64,000 nucleotides of DNA. Source: an uncultured virus (IMG/VR IMGVR_UViG_3300028590_000007) (lineage: Duplodnaviria > Heunggongvirae > Uroviricota > Caudoviricetes). Shown here one piece after another: positions 52,017 to 60,232 of the stretch (its first letter is position 1; every line of letters begins with the position of its first letter). The notes beneath the pieces are model-generated. The model was not told the origin of the DNA. It was given only the letters and a program-made list of their open reading frames with translations, and ran no database searches. The DNA lies in the IMG/VR virus record IMGVR_UViG_3300028590_000007; one strand, given 5' to 3'. Position numbers and translations under genes: made by a program.

Positions 52017-52095
52017 TGGCGCCCGCGCTCGGATTCGAACCGAGAACCTTCTAGCCTAGGAACCAGACGCCTCTAACCGTTGAGGCTACGCGAGC
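52017..52095 (-). tRNA. atypical tRNA, 8-nt anticodon loop UUCCUAGG and 5-bp D-stem (Arg-CCU-like or CCUA/CUA)
   Basis: GCTCGCG TA GCCTC AACGGTTA GAGGC G TCTGG TTCCTAGG CTAGA AGGTT CTCGG TTCGAAT CCGAG CGCGGGC G CCA. Confidence 0.85.
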
Positions 52096-52133
52096 GATGA
52101 AGGTGGGTAGATTCTCACCTACCCACCTAGAAG

Positions 52134-53126
52134 TCAAATACCAAGATCGCGGCAAATTTCATTCAGGTGTGCCGCTTCATCACCCCAAGAGGCAACAACA
52201 AGCGCACCACCCTGAACAAACTTGACGACCAAGGGATCATGGGGTACTGGAAGAATCTGTGTAGCGGATGTACCATCTTTCTTGCACCGCTCAATGAAGT
52301 CATCCTTCACGTCGAACGCGGCATTGGGAGCAAGGATGAACATCTGGTTCTGCATTGTCGTGCAGTTGGATTCCAGACGCTTGGAGTGCGATTCGAACAT
52401 AGTCTCCTCGTACTCTGCACGTCGGCGTTTGTAATCTTCGCGTTCACGTGCTGCCTCGGCACCATTGTACATGAACGAGAAATCACTGATAACGACGCTA
52501 GCGTTCTGTTTCGCTACTCCCCGTATGCGTGCCCGGTAGGTACTCATTTCCGCAGCAGCATCTGAGATACGAGGTGCGGCGCCCTTGCCCGTACTATCGC
52601 AATCCATCAGACACAGGATCTCCGCCTTGTTCACATTGTGCACAGGCTGAAGCTCGAATGCCTCCATATAGCCCAACTGACTTGGCGGGACGGCGCCCCG
52701 GTAATGGTTGAGCGTATCTGTGTGAAGGTTCAAGGCTTTGCGAACAGCGTGGAATCCAGCCCAAGGGAGGAACCGGCTATTCGGGTAGTCCTTTTCATAC
52801 TTCTCACGGAGATGAGGATACTCAAGGAAGGACGAACGGTAGGCAGCGAGACGGTTGTCCGAGGTCTTGGTGAACCCAAGTTTCTCAGCACGTTTCGCAT
52901 TCTCCTGATCGACGAGAAAGGAAGGCGAAGTGGCTTCCTTGACATTGCGCTCAACGAAAGCGGCAATGGTTTCAGTGCTCTTGCGATCAAGAACAGCAGT
53001 ATTGGATGGTTCCATTTGTGGATGAAGTGGTTCGATGTGTTCGAAAGTGTCAAACAAAAGGTCGTAGGGATCTGCACTCAGATCTGCCCATGCCTCCATG
53101 ATGGCGTCAAGAGAATCAGAGTCCAA
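52134..53126 (-). CDS. hypothetical protein, paralog of 53116-54003
   Basis: Shared LRE.Y...YP.SRF.P, Y.G.VP.SQ and DPLV..FV.GGAL.VASWGDEA. Confidence 0.8.
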   Translation of the reverse strand: MDSDSLDAIMEAWADLSADPYDLLFDTFEHIEPLHPQMEPSNTAVLDRKSTETIAAFVERNVKEATSPSFLVDQENAKRAEKLGFTKTSDNRLAAYRSSFLEYPHLREKYEKDYPNSRFLPWAGFHAVRKALNLHTDTLNHYRGAVPPSQLGYMEAFELQPVHNVNKAEILCLMDCDSTGKGAAPRISDAAAEMSTYRARIRGVAKQNASVVISDFSFMYNGAEAAREREDYKRRRAEYEETMFESHSKRLESNCTTMQNQMFILAPNAAFDVKDDFIERCKKDGTSATQILPVPHDPLVVKFVQGGALVVASWGDEAAHLNEICRDLGI

Positions 53127-54003
53127 GTTCGTTGACTACGCCGTTAATGAATTCCGCCTCATCACCCCAAGAGGCGACGATAAGGGCACCGCCGGGAACA
53201 AAACGGAGGACGAGTGGATCCTTTGGGATCGGGAGCTTCTGGGTGGAAGCATCAACCTGTTCACGGAAACGCTTGACGAAGTCCTTGTCCTTGGTGAAGG
53301 CTGTTGGAGGAGCCACCACAAAGAACTCAGACCGGAACTGTTCGAAGAACTTGTTGAATGGCTTCAGATGGACTTTCATCCAACCCTCCTTGTTGACGGA
53401 GTTCGTAAGTTTGCGGCAATCCAGCTCGCCGTTGAAGCAATCACGATTCTCGCTCATGATCCGGTTGAACGCCGTAACCGAAATACGACCGAAGTTGACA
53501 TCGACGGTATTCTTGATGTCCTCGATCATCTTCTTGTGTGCCTTTTCGCACGCTTCTTGGTCCATCTCGAACTGTATGGGTGCGAGACCTGCCAGATGGT
53601 AGAGACCCTTCGTGTCAGGGAAGTCGCGCTCCTTGAGTTCGAAGTCGGTGATCAGTTTTGCCTGACTATCAGGAACACCACCTGCGTAGTATTCCGCCAA
53701 GTCGATGCTGAGCTTCATCGTGCTGATGGTAGCCAAAAGACCAGCCATAGGGATGAAACGGGAAGTAGGATACTTCGCGAGGTAGTGCTCGCGAAGTTCC
53801 GGATTGGCGACAAACTTACGATGGAAATCGTTGAGTTTGATGGAAGCCGAGGATTTGAATCCGACGGCTGCGAGACGGTTGCACATCAGGGTTTCTTGGT
53901 GGAACCCCTCCGAGCGACCGTACACTTCGTAGTGGTTGATGAAACTGTCGATACGATCTGCTGAAGTGCCGACGGTTTTTGGATCAAGTGTTGGAGTTTG
54001 CAT
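53116..54003 (-). CDS. hypothetical protein, paralog of 52134-53126
   Basis: Same shared motifs. Confidence 0.8.
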   Translation of the reverse strand: MQTPTLDPKTVGTSADRIDSFINHYEVYGRSEGFHQETLMCNRLAAVGFKSSASIKLNDFHRKFVANPELREHYLAKYPTSRFIPMAGLLATISTMKLSIDLAEYYAGGVPDSQAKLITDFELKERDFPDTKGLYHLAGLAPIQFEMDQEACEKAHKKMIEDIKNTVDVNFGRISVTAFNRIMSENRDCFNGELDCRKLTNSVNKEGWMKVHLKPFNKFFEQFRSEFFVVAPPTAFTKDKDFVKRFREQVDASTQKLPIPKDPLVLRFVPGGALIVASWGDEAEFINGVVNELGL

Positions 54004-54553
54004 CTGGTAGTGTGGATCTAATTAAATCCCGCACTTCCATCAGAATAAACCCGAGGTCATTTTCCCCGGGCCATTTCTCTGGTGAACGTGCATCGGGATG
54101 ATCTGCAAGAAGACCCGTCCCATACCGTGTGTCGGTAGGATGAGCCTCGACGATAATGCTATCTCCCGTGTCCAGTAGATAGGACTGCAGGAGAGGATGC
54201 TGGGTGAACTTTTGCAAGTTCGCATGTGCGATGAATCCCCTATAAACGATATCCCATGCATTCTGTTCAAAGCCTTTGACCTCACGACCAATGGCTTTGA
54301 TTTTCTGGGAATCGGGTTCCGCGAGAATACGATCCGCAGCTTCGTTGTCTCCGAAAAACCTCGCTTTCATCCACAGCATCAAATGCTTGGCTGATGCGAA
54401 GGTGATACCGGCATGTGTAACATCGCATTGGAATCCCTGTGCGAGACAGGCATTGTCCAATTCGACGGGACTGGCAAGCTTGCTGCCGTAAAAGAAGGTG
54501 AAACTTGGTGTCTCACCTTCTTGCATTCTTCTAATCAATTTAGCCTTGTTCAT
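53984..54553 (-). CDS. NADAR (YbiA-like) protein
   Basis: KARFFGD, KAIGREVKGF, KFTQHP.L..YLLDTG, IVEAHPTDTRYG and WPGENDLGFILMEVR. Confidence 0.9.
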   Translation of the reverse strand: MNKAKLIRRMQEGETPSFTFFYGSKLASPVELDNACLAQGFQCDVTHAGITFASAKHLMLWMKARFFGDNEAADRILAEPDSQKIKAIGREVKGFEQNAWDIVYRGFIAHANLQKFTQHPLLQSYLLDTGDSIIVEAHPTDTRYGTGLLADHPDARSPEKWPGENDLGFILMEVRDLIRSTLPDANSNT

Positions 54554-54593
54554 GGTGGTTTCTGTTGGTAACGTTGGTTACGTTGGTTGGAAA

Positions 54594-54869
54594 TTAATCG
54601 TCGTCCATATGTTTGGTGGACTCTATATGCCTGATCTCCTGCATTGTTTTTGCGTGGAGACTGTTGGGGTTACCTGCTTGCCTTGGATTACGACACATGG
54701 AGCAGGAGCAGGGTTTCCTGTTCTTGTGAAGGATAACAGCTCTCCGATGGATCTGTTCTGGAGTAAGCGATTTGAAGTAACGGTTGTTGATCTTCTCAAA
54801 CTCCTCCATCCGGGCTACCATCCGTTTTCGCTGATGGCGACGAAACGCTCTTCCGTATTCCGAGGACAT
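54594..54869 (-). CDS. small basic zinc-binding protein
   Basis: RRH..R and CSCSMCRNPR motif. Confidence 0.7.
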   Translation of the reverse strand: MSSEYGRAFRRHQRKRMVARMEEFEKINNRYFKSLTPEQIHRRAVILHKNRKPCSCSMCRNPRQAGNPNSLHAKTMQEIRHIESTKHMDDD

Positions 54870-54871
54870 AT

Positions 54872-55258
54872 TTAGTCGAAGCTACCACCGCCTCCACCAC
54901 CAGAGTCACCCCCGCTGAAACTAGACCCGCCGCTATCGTAACTAGAACCGCCACTGCTATAGCCGCCGCTATCGTAACTAGAACCGCCGCTGTAATCGCT
55001 AGGCACAAAAGAAGTGCCAGAGCTATCACTATCATGCAGGGAAGAGCCAGAATGATGACCAGAATCTGAAGGGGCTTCGGGAGATCCTTCAGTTTTGTCT
55101 GATTCTTTGTGGTGGTGTCCTGACTCTGTGTGGATGAAGACAGGTACGTAGGGAGGGTGATACGATTCGGGTGACGGGGAACTGAATCCATGGTTACGAC
55201 GGGGTGGTTGGTTCTGTTTCTTTTTGGAACCGAACAAGCGGTTGAAGGGCCAGATCAT
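54872..55258 (-). CDS. protein with Gly/Ser-rich repetitive C-terminus
   Basis: SGGSSYDSGG repeated; ends FSGGDSGGGGGGSFD. Confidence 0.65.
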   Translation of the reverse strand: MIWPFNRLFGSKKKQNQPPRRNHGFSSPSPESYHPPYVPVFIHTESGHHHKESDKTEGSPEAPSDSGHHSGSSLHDSDSSGTSFVPSDYSGGSSYDSGGYSSGGSSYDSGGSSFSGGDSGGGGGGSFD

Positions 55259-55432
55259 GTGTTTTGTTAATGGGTATGTATTGTGAACGCCAAGTGCACT
55301 TCAGATTGAAGCACAAGTAGTAACTGCCTGTTTTCATTTTCTCCATGAAGAATGCTTTCTCTTTGCATTCCGGACAATCGATCATGAAACAGGAGGGACA
55401 GACGTGCCACTTCTGCTTGGCGCATCCGGGTT

Positions 55433-55996
55433 TTAGTCCTCGCTCTCTATCGCAGAAGATACAGGTGGTGGGTTCTCCTTCCATGCGACAATAGGGCAAT
55501 GTTTCTTGTACCAAGCCTTTATACCGGCAACGAAGAAGTTATCTTCTGGTGGGCTGGCAAAGGAGTAACCTTGCTGCAGGCGGCGTTTCCGTTTCTCTCT
55601 CCATGTGGACACTTTGGTGACAGCAAGGGAGATGGATATGATTGCCCCGCAGAACAAGGCCAGCGCGACTACAAAGGCCACCACACCTATGCCGAACTGC
55701 CACCAGTTAAGACCTTTTCCAAAAAAGAGCACGCCCATACAACTGCCGCCCATAGCTGCAACGAAGAGCAATACGAACAGGATGAAGTGGGCGGCGAGAC
55801 TGGTACCGAAGTGTGTCCAGAATCCTCTCTTATACGGGGTACCGGAGTTCAGCCAAAGACCAAGCCATAGTACCGGGAAGGTGACTACATATAGGAGGGT
55901 TTTCCAGAAGTAAGGGCAGAAGTTTGTGGGTAGGGTATTATTTGGATTGACCCGTCGGTATAACCGGGCATGCCAAGCGTTGGAAGACAGATTCAT
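55433..55996 (-). CDS. membrane protein
   Basis: NFCPYFW plus three TM segments. Confidence 0.7.
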   Translation of the reverse strand: MNLSSNAWHARLYRRVNPNNTLPTNFCPYFWKTLLYVVTFPVLWLGLWLNSGTPYKRGFWTHFGTSLAAHFILFVLLFVAAMGGSCMGVLFFGKGLNWWQFGIGVVAFVVALALFCGAIISISLAVTKVSTWREKRKRRLQQGYSFASPPEDNFFVAGIKAWYKKHCPIVAWKENPPPVSSAIESED

Positions 55997-56379
55997 TTTT
56001 CGGATAGAGTGAGGATGAGTGCTATGGTGATTTGACGTGGAGATGCAGAAAACGGATACAGGTCAGCTTGCATGGCTCCGGATTCTCGCTGCACCTTTTC
56101 AAGGTTTTCAGCGAATAGCTTTACCTTGTTCGGAAAGACCGATTTGTATGCCTCCATAGCGGGGTCATAGAAATCACTCGCACAAGGTGGGTGAGACGGA
56201 TATCTCTCCACCGGCAGATGCTTGAACCGATCATGCTTCCATGCCTTTTCCTTCATGTCGCCTATGGGACCGAGATCATCGCACAGAGATCGCTCCACTT
56301 GAGTCCACCCGGTTTTCAATGCGAGGATTGAATTGAGGTTGTGGTTTGGTTGCTTGTTCAGGTATTCAATGGTGTACAT
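55993..56379 (-). CDS. hypothetical protein (start at MYTIEY)
   Basis: The longer predicted start crosses a terminator; ends with ASPRQ..IAL. Confidence 0.65.
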   Translation of the reverse strand: MYTIEYLNKQPNHNLNSILALKTGWTQVERSLCDDLGPIGDMKEKAWKHDRFKHLPVERYPSHPPCASDFYDPAMEAYKSVFPNKVKLFAENLEKVQRESGAMQADLYPFSASPRQITIALILTLSEK

Positions 56380-56400
56380 AAAAAGATAAAAATGAGGTAA

Positions 56401-56428
56401 GTTCGGGGGTAGACAGCTACCCCCGAAC
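56401..56428 (-). terminator. intrinsic terminator hairpin
   Basis: gttcgggggtag/ctacccccgaac 12-bp stem. Confidence 0.75.
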
Positions 56429-56429
56429 T

Positions 56430-56845
56430 TTTTCACACACGCACAGTGGGAGTTAACCCGAAGATGCAGTTGCGCAGGTTCTAGCAGGCGACGACGTAAC
56501 ATTGACGGCCCCGACCTAAGAACTTGTCCTATCAATTTTTTCGACACAAGTTCAGCGACATCGCCCTCCCCTCACGGAACGACAATAGCGCCTACCTGCT
56601 GGCCGGATAGTTAGCGATCCATTTTAACCTGTGGATACAGGAAGGCTGTACTTGGAACCCATTTGCGCAAAGGTTCCAAGTAGTCGTCAGCGCATACGTA
56701 GTAATGCCGTCTGTTCGTACACCACTGCAGTGTCGGAACTATACACGATATTAGAGCCATTGACCCGGGTTCATCGGTATTGGGCGGAGGTGCCGAGCGG
56801 GATGCTGGGCGGAAAGGAAAGTGACGACACACCTTCCTGGCTCAT
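56430..56845 (-). ncRNA. candidate large structured ncRNA
   Basis: Between a promoter motif (56849-56858) and a terminator; multiple nested helices; no credible ORF. Confidence 0.55.
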
Positions 56846-56965
56846 TAATATATAGCACCGCAGTGCTTATATTTGCTTGGTGTGTATTAGGTAAAAAGAA
56901 GTACCCACGTCCCCTTGCGGGGACGAAGGTACTTCTCTCCATGGATGTTGACTGATACCCGGAAA

Positions 56966-57175
56966 TTAACGGCGGTCGTAGTTGCGAGGAGGCAGTTCAG
57001 CCTCGTGGCGGACGGCGTCGACGAATTCGCGTTCTTTCTTCTCGCGATATTCCTCACGGCGTTCACGTTCGCGGTCGACGACTTTCTCTTCCTCCGTACG
57101 TGGGTCGCACGAGCTGAGGGCGAGGGCAGTGGAAGCAGCTGCAACGAGCAGCATGATATGTTTGTTCAGTTTCAT
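56966..57175 (-). CDS. small lipoprotein
   Basis: Signal peptide with lipobox LSSC. Confidence 0.65.
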   Translation of the reverse strand: MKLNKHIMLLVAAASTALALSSCDPRTEEEKVVDRERERREEYREKKEREFVDAVRHEAELPPRNYDRR

Positions 57176-57443
57176 CTGGTTTGGTGGGGTTGTTGGTTAA
57201 CTATAGCACGGAAAGCTTGGGTGGAGTTTCACCACCCTCTTGGTCAGGGGAAATCACCGTCGCCTCCACAGGAGGGACATTTGAAGTTACCCTTCCATCC
57301 GGTCCCGTTACAGGACTGGCATTTGAACGCCGTATCGTGGCGGTGAGACGGATCCTGTTTTGGCTCAGGACTTACCGTTAGGGCGGCGGCTACCGACAGT
57401 GCGGCAACCGCGAACAATGCGATGTATCGTTTCATAGGAAAGA

Positions 57444-57519
57444 TGGCGCGGAGAGATGGAATCGAACCACCGACTGGCGCAGTTTTCACCACGCAGCTCT
57501 ACCACTGAGCTACCTCCGC
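57444..57519 (-). tRNA. atypical tRNA, 8-nt anticodon loop GUGAAAAC (Phe-GAA-like or GAAA)
   Basis: GCGGAGG TA GCTC AGTGGTA GAGC T GCGTG GTGAAAAC TGCGC CAGTC GGTGG TTCGATT CCATC TCTCCGC G CCA. Confidence 0.85.
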
Positions 57520-57533
57520 GTTCTCTGGGAAAA

Positions 57534-57611
57534 TGGTACGAGGAGATGGATTTGAACCACCGACCCCCAGCGCCAAAATGCTGGTGCTCTACCGGACTGA
57601 GCTATCCTCGA
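57534..57611 (-). tRNA. atypical tRNA, 8-nt anticodon loop AUUUUGGC (identity unclear)
   Basis: TCGAGGA TA GCTC AGTCCGGTA GAGC A CCAGC ATTTTGGC GCTGG GGGTC GGTGG TTCAAAT CCATC TCCTCGT A CCA. Confidence 0.85.
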
Positions 57612-57715
57612 ATTTTGGTACCCGCTGTTCCAGCAACGGGTACCATGGTTGGTTTACCGTAAACAAATAGGTCACGAATGACCAGCAGACAATCCCTTGC
57701 GGGAAAGTGGGAGAA

Positions 57716-58176
57716 TGGTGTAGGCGAGGGGAGTCGAACCCCTGTCCGCCACCAGTTCAGACAAACAGTTTACAAGCTTAGGGATTGCTCCCGGTTTCGT
57801 CCTTTCCCTTACGGGCAATCTGCGGTGCGTTACAGTTGGACACACGTATTGCTACGCTGCTGCCTCCACACCAATCCTTACCCTACCGCTCATCACTAAG
57901 AGTAGGCCCCGATTAGGTCTGGGGATCTATCCACTAATGTAGCCACGGATCGTGGACATGTCAGGCGTTACCGCACTGACTTCCGGGCCGTTGTTCCGTT
58001 TACTGCGGATTAGGCAGCGAGGGCGACGACTTCTTTCGAAGCGTTGCGACCACGGAAGGAAACGATGTTGTCGTTGCCAGTTGTTGTTTTTTGAAAGGCT
58101 TTTATGGAGGCCAACCTTATCATTCCTCCGCCTGTGTGTTTATCATCATCGATGACGTCGAAACCAGAACGCCCAC
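57716..58176 (-). ncRNA. ssrA: tmRNA, tag (A)GNDNIVSFRGRNASKEVVALAA* at 58078-58010
   Basis: 5' GTGGGCG TTCTGGTTTCGAC; 3' GGAC AGGGG TTCGACT CCCCT CGCCTAC ACCA; G3:U70; tag ends ALAA-stop. Confidence 0.95.
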
Positions 58177-58211
58177 TGGAAAATGGTGGGGGCATTGCAC
58201 CCCCGAAGTTT

Positions 58212-58562
58212 TTACGCAGGCTGAGGCTCCGGTCCCGAAGGAGTCGGTTGCTCAGCCGCTGCTGCCGCTTGCTTTTTCTGCAAGTCGGCGATCTCACGCT
58301 GTTTGGCACGTTCGGCCTTCTTGAGGGAACGCTCGGTGCGCCATGCGTCGTGACGTTCCCGAAGGAATGCCTCGGCGCTTGCGGCCTTCACTTGTGCTTT
58401 CTCCTCCAGAACTTCAGCGCCCTCAAGCGCGGAAGAAACGGCGGCGTCGATAAACGTAGTTGCGGCCTTGCTGAGCGCCAGAGGCGCGATGCAGAGCATG
58501 GCAACGCTTTGGCCCACGCGGAATGCGGAAGCCGAAACAACAGAGGTTGCATAGTTTTTCAT
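58212..58562 (-). CDS. Ala-rich hypothetical protein
   Basis: Start after the promoter motif at 58614-58623. Confidence 0.65.
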   Translation of the reverse strand: MKNYATSVVSASAFRVGQSVAMLCIAPLALSKAATTFIDAAVSSALEGAEVLEEKAQVKAASAEAFLRERHDAWRTERSLKKAERAKQREIADLQKKQAAAAAEQPTPSGPEPQPA

Positions 58563-58646
58563 ACGAGTTGGTGGTGCGAGTTGGTTATAAGGGTTAATAC
58601 TTACCCTCAAAACTACATAACACCTGTGGGGGTAAAATTGCCACTT

Positions 58647-59336
58647 TTATCCGTAGTTTACCTTTTCCCATTCTAGCCGTGCTTTCAGAGCCGGATCTTC
58701 GTCCGGGAAAGGTGCTGTCGGGAAACAATCCATCATTATCTTCAGTGTGTCCGTATACTCAACAAGCTTCTTGGAGGAAGGAAAGCCTGAGAGGTTGTTG
58801 ATTAGATCACCAATTTTCCCGAATACCGCGAAACCGTTTTCCATAATCCTGCGCCGGTAATCATCCAGCGTAGCACTATGATCCAGTTTCGACAAACGGA
58901 TGATAGCAGCAACAGCAGCAGGCGGGAAGCCAACGTCCAACAGGTCGGTGGCTCTTACCTTTCTGCTCTTATACATTCCATCCTCCATTGTATCATGGCC
59001 TACAGCAGTCGCCATTGAGATGACACGATAATTGTAAGGCATTGCCGAGACTTGGTCGTGTGTCCAACGCAGTATCCCTAAGGGATGCGCGATAAACGGT
59101 GTGACCTTGTCTTTCCGGACCTGCCCGTCGTGCACCTTGATGGCGAAGTCGATCAGGGGGATCATATCTGGATGGGCCTTGATGATGGCGCGGATATGTC
59201 GGAAATGCTGGGGAAGCATAACGTTGGTAAGGGGTGTTATGACTCCCTCACCAACGACACGCGCAGGCCCTGCATCACGCACTATCTCGAACCATTCATT
59301 CAAACCCATAGGCTCACTGTCGATTTCACTAGGCAT
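58647..59336 (-). CDS. HD-domain small alarmone hydrolase-like protein (SpoT/Mesh1 type)
   Basis: FAIKVHDGQVRK..PFIAHP, GHDTMED and KIGDLINN. Confidence 0.8.
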   Translation of the reverse strand: MPSEIDSEPMGLNEWFEIVRDAGPARVVGEGVITPLTNVMLPQHFRHIRAIIKAHPDMIPLIDFAIKVHDGQVRKDKVTPFIAHPLGILRWTHDQVSAMPYNYRVISMATAVGHDTMEDGMYKSRKVRATDLLDVGFPPAAVAAIIRLSKLDHSATLDDYRRRIMENGFAVFGKIGDLINNLSGFPSSKKLVEYTDTLKIMMDCFPTAPFPDEDPALKARLEWEKVNYG

Positions 59337-59814
59337 AAATATGTCGTAATATTGGTCGTAATTCCTGCAGGATTTTTCCGTTCAGGTTCTCCCCAACGAA
59401 AGTGTTGTCCTTTAGCTGGACGCCCCATACCTGCCCTCCTGCGAGACTGTATATGGGACCTGTTGGTAGTTTCTGCAACACTTCAGCAACCGCTGGTTTC
59501 TGAGTAAGCTTCAACAAGGTCGCGTGCAAAAGCAACCGATACCGTAAAACTTCCCAATGCTTTGGATTGGGTATCTTTCTCTCCAGAACTAGTAAGTCCT
59601 TACCGCTTGTTGTTTGGGTTATTTTATGCAGATCAACTCCCAAGTCAATCTGTCGGGTATTCCCGAGTTCCTGTAAGTATTTTTCGAGCTTTTGATATGT
59701 CACCAGATGCAGTGGACATGCCCATCTCCTGTCGGCGTAGTGAAACACTGAGCCTAAAGGACCGGTGGATACGTTATGCGGCAAAAGGCAACCTCTGTGA
59801 ATGAGGTTATTCAT
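59329..59814 (-). CDS. divergent NADAR-like protein
   Basis: W..LR..LL..ATLLKLTQ.P and WG......GENLNGKILQELR; the E/D of the IVEA.P.D motif are absent. Confidence 0.6.
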   Translation of the reverse strand: MNNLIHRGCLLPHNVSTGPLGSVFHYADRRWACPLHLVTYQKLEKYLQELGNTRQIDLGVDLHKITQTTSGKDLLVLERKIPNPKHWEVLRYRLLLHATLLKLTQKPAVAEVLQKLPTGPIYSLAGGQVWGVQLKDNTFVGENLNGKILQELRPILRHIYA

Positions 59815-60232
59815 TGAAAATTTTTGATGCGACTTTCACGCTGCACACTCCTGTTTGGGTGTAGCGTATCCTCACCACCAATCGCCGGTGGTTACCATTA
59901 CCATCTTGGATGCGTCTAAGAAACGGACGCCCAATCAACTCCACTTGCCTTCTTTTGTTTTTTTTATTTAGAACGTACAACATAGACGTTGTGGGGTTGA
60001 GCCTACTTAGCTTCGCAGTGTAGACTCAACCCTTTGGTTTGTTCTTATCGGGGACTTCAACAGCGGACTTCCACGGAGAGAATCCTACTATTGCGGCTCC
60101 AAGCACACACAGTCCTGCGATGGGCAGGGCTGCGGCCAAGATCAGCAATAGGAATCCTATTACGTGGTAGGCGAAGAAGCCGAGTATAACAAGGCCAATC
60201 AACGTCACTATCCAAGTGACGGCAGTCTTCAT

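Noticed and set aside
54925..54995. Direct repeats resembling a mini-CRISPR
   Set aside because: They encode the SGGSSYDSGG repeats of a Gly/Ser-rich protein; no spacers or cas genes
56430..56845. RNase P, SRP or 6S RNA identity for the structured region
   Set aside because: Diagnostic motifs (GAGGAAAGUCC/ACAGAA...GCUUA; SRP GGAA helix) were not found by eye, so it is left unassigned
57444..57611. Introns as the explanation for the enlarged anticodon loops
   Set aside because: Only one extra nucleotide per loop; no group I or bulge-helix-bulge intron sequence
58010..58309. 99-aa ORF ending in ALAA
   Set aside because: It is the tmRNA tag frame extended upstream, not an independent gene
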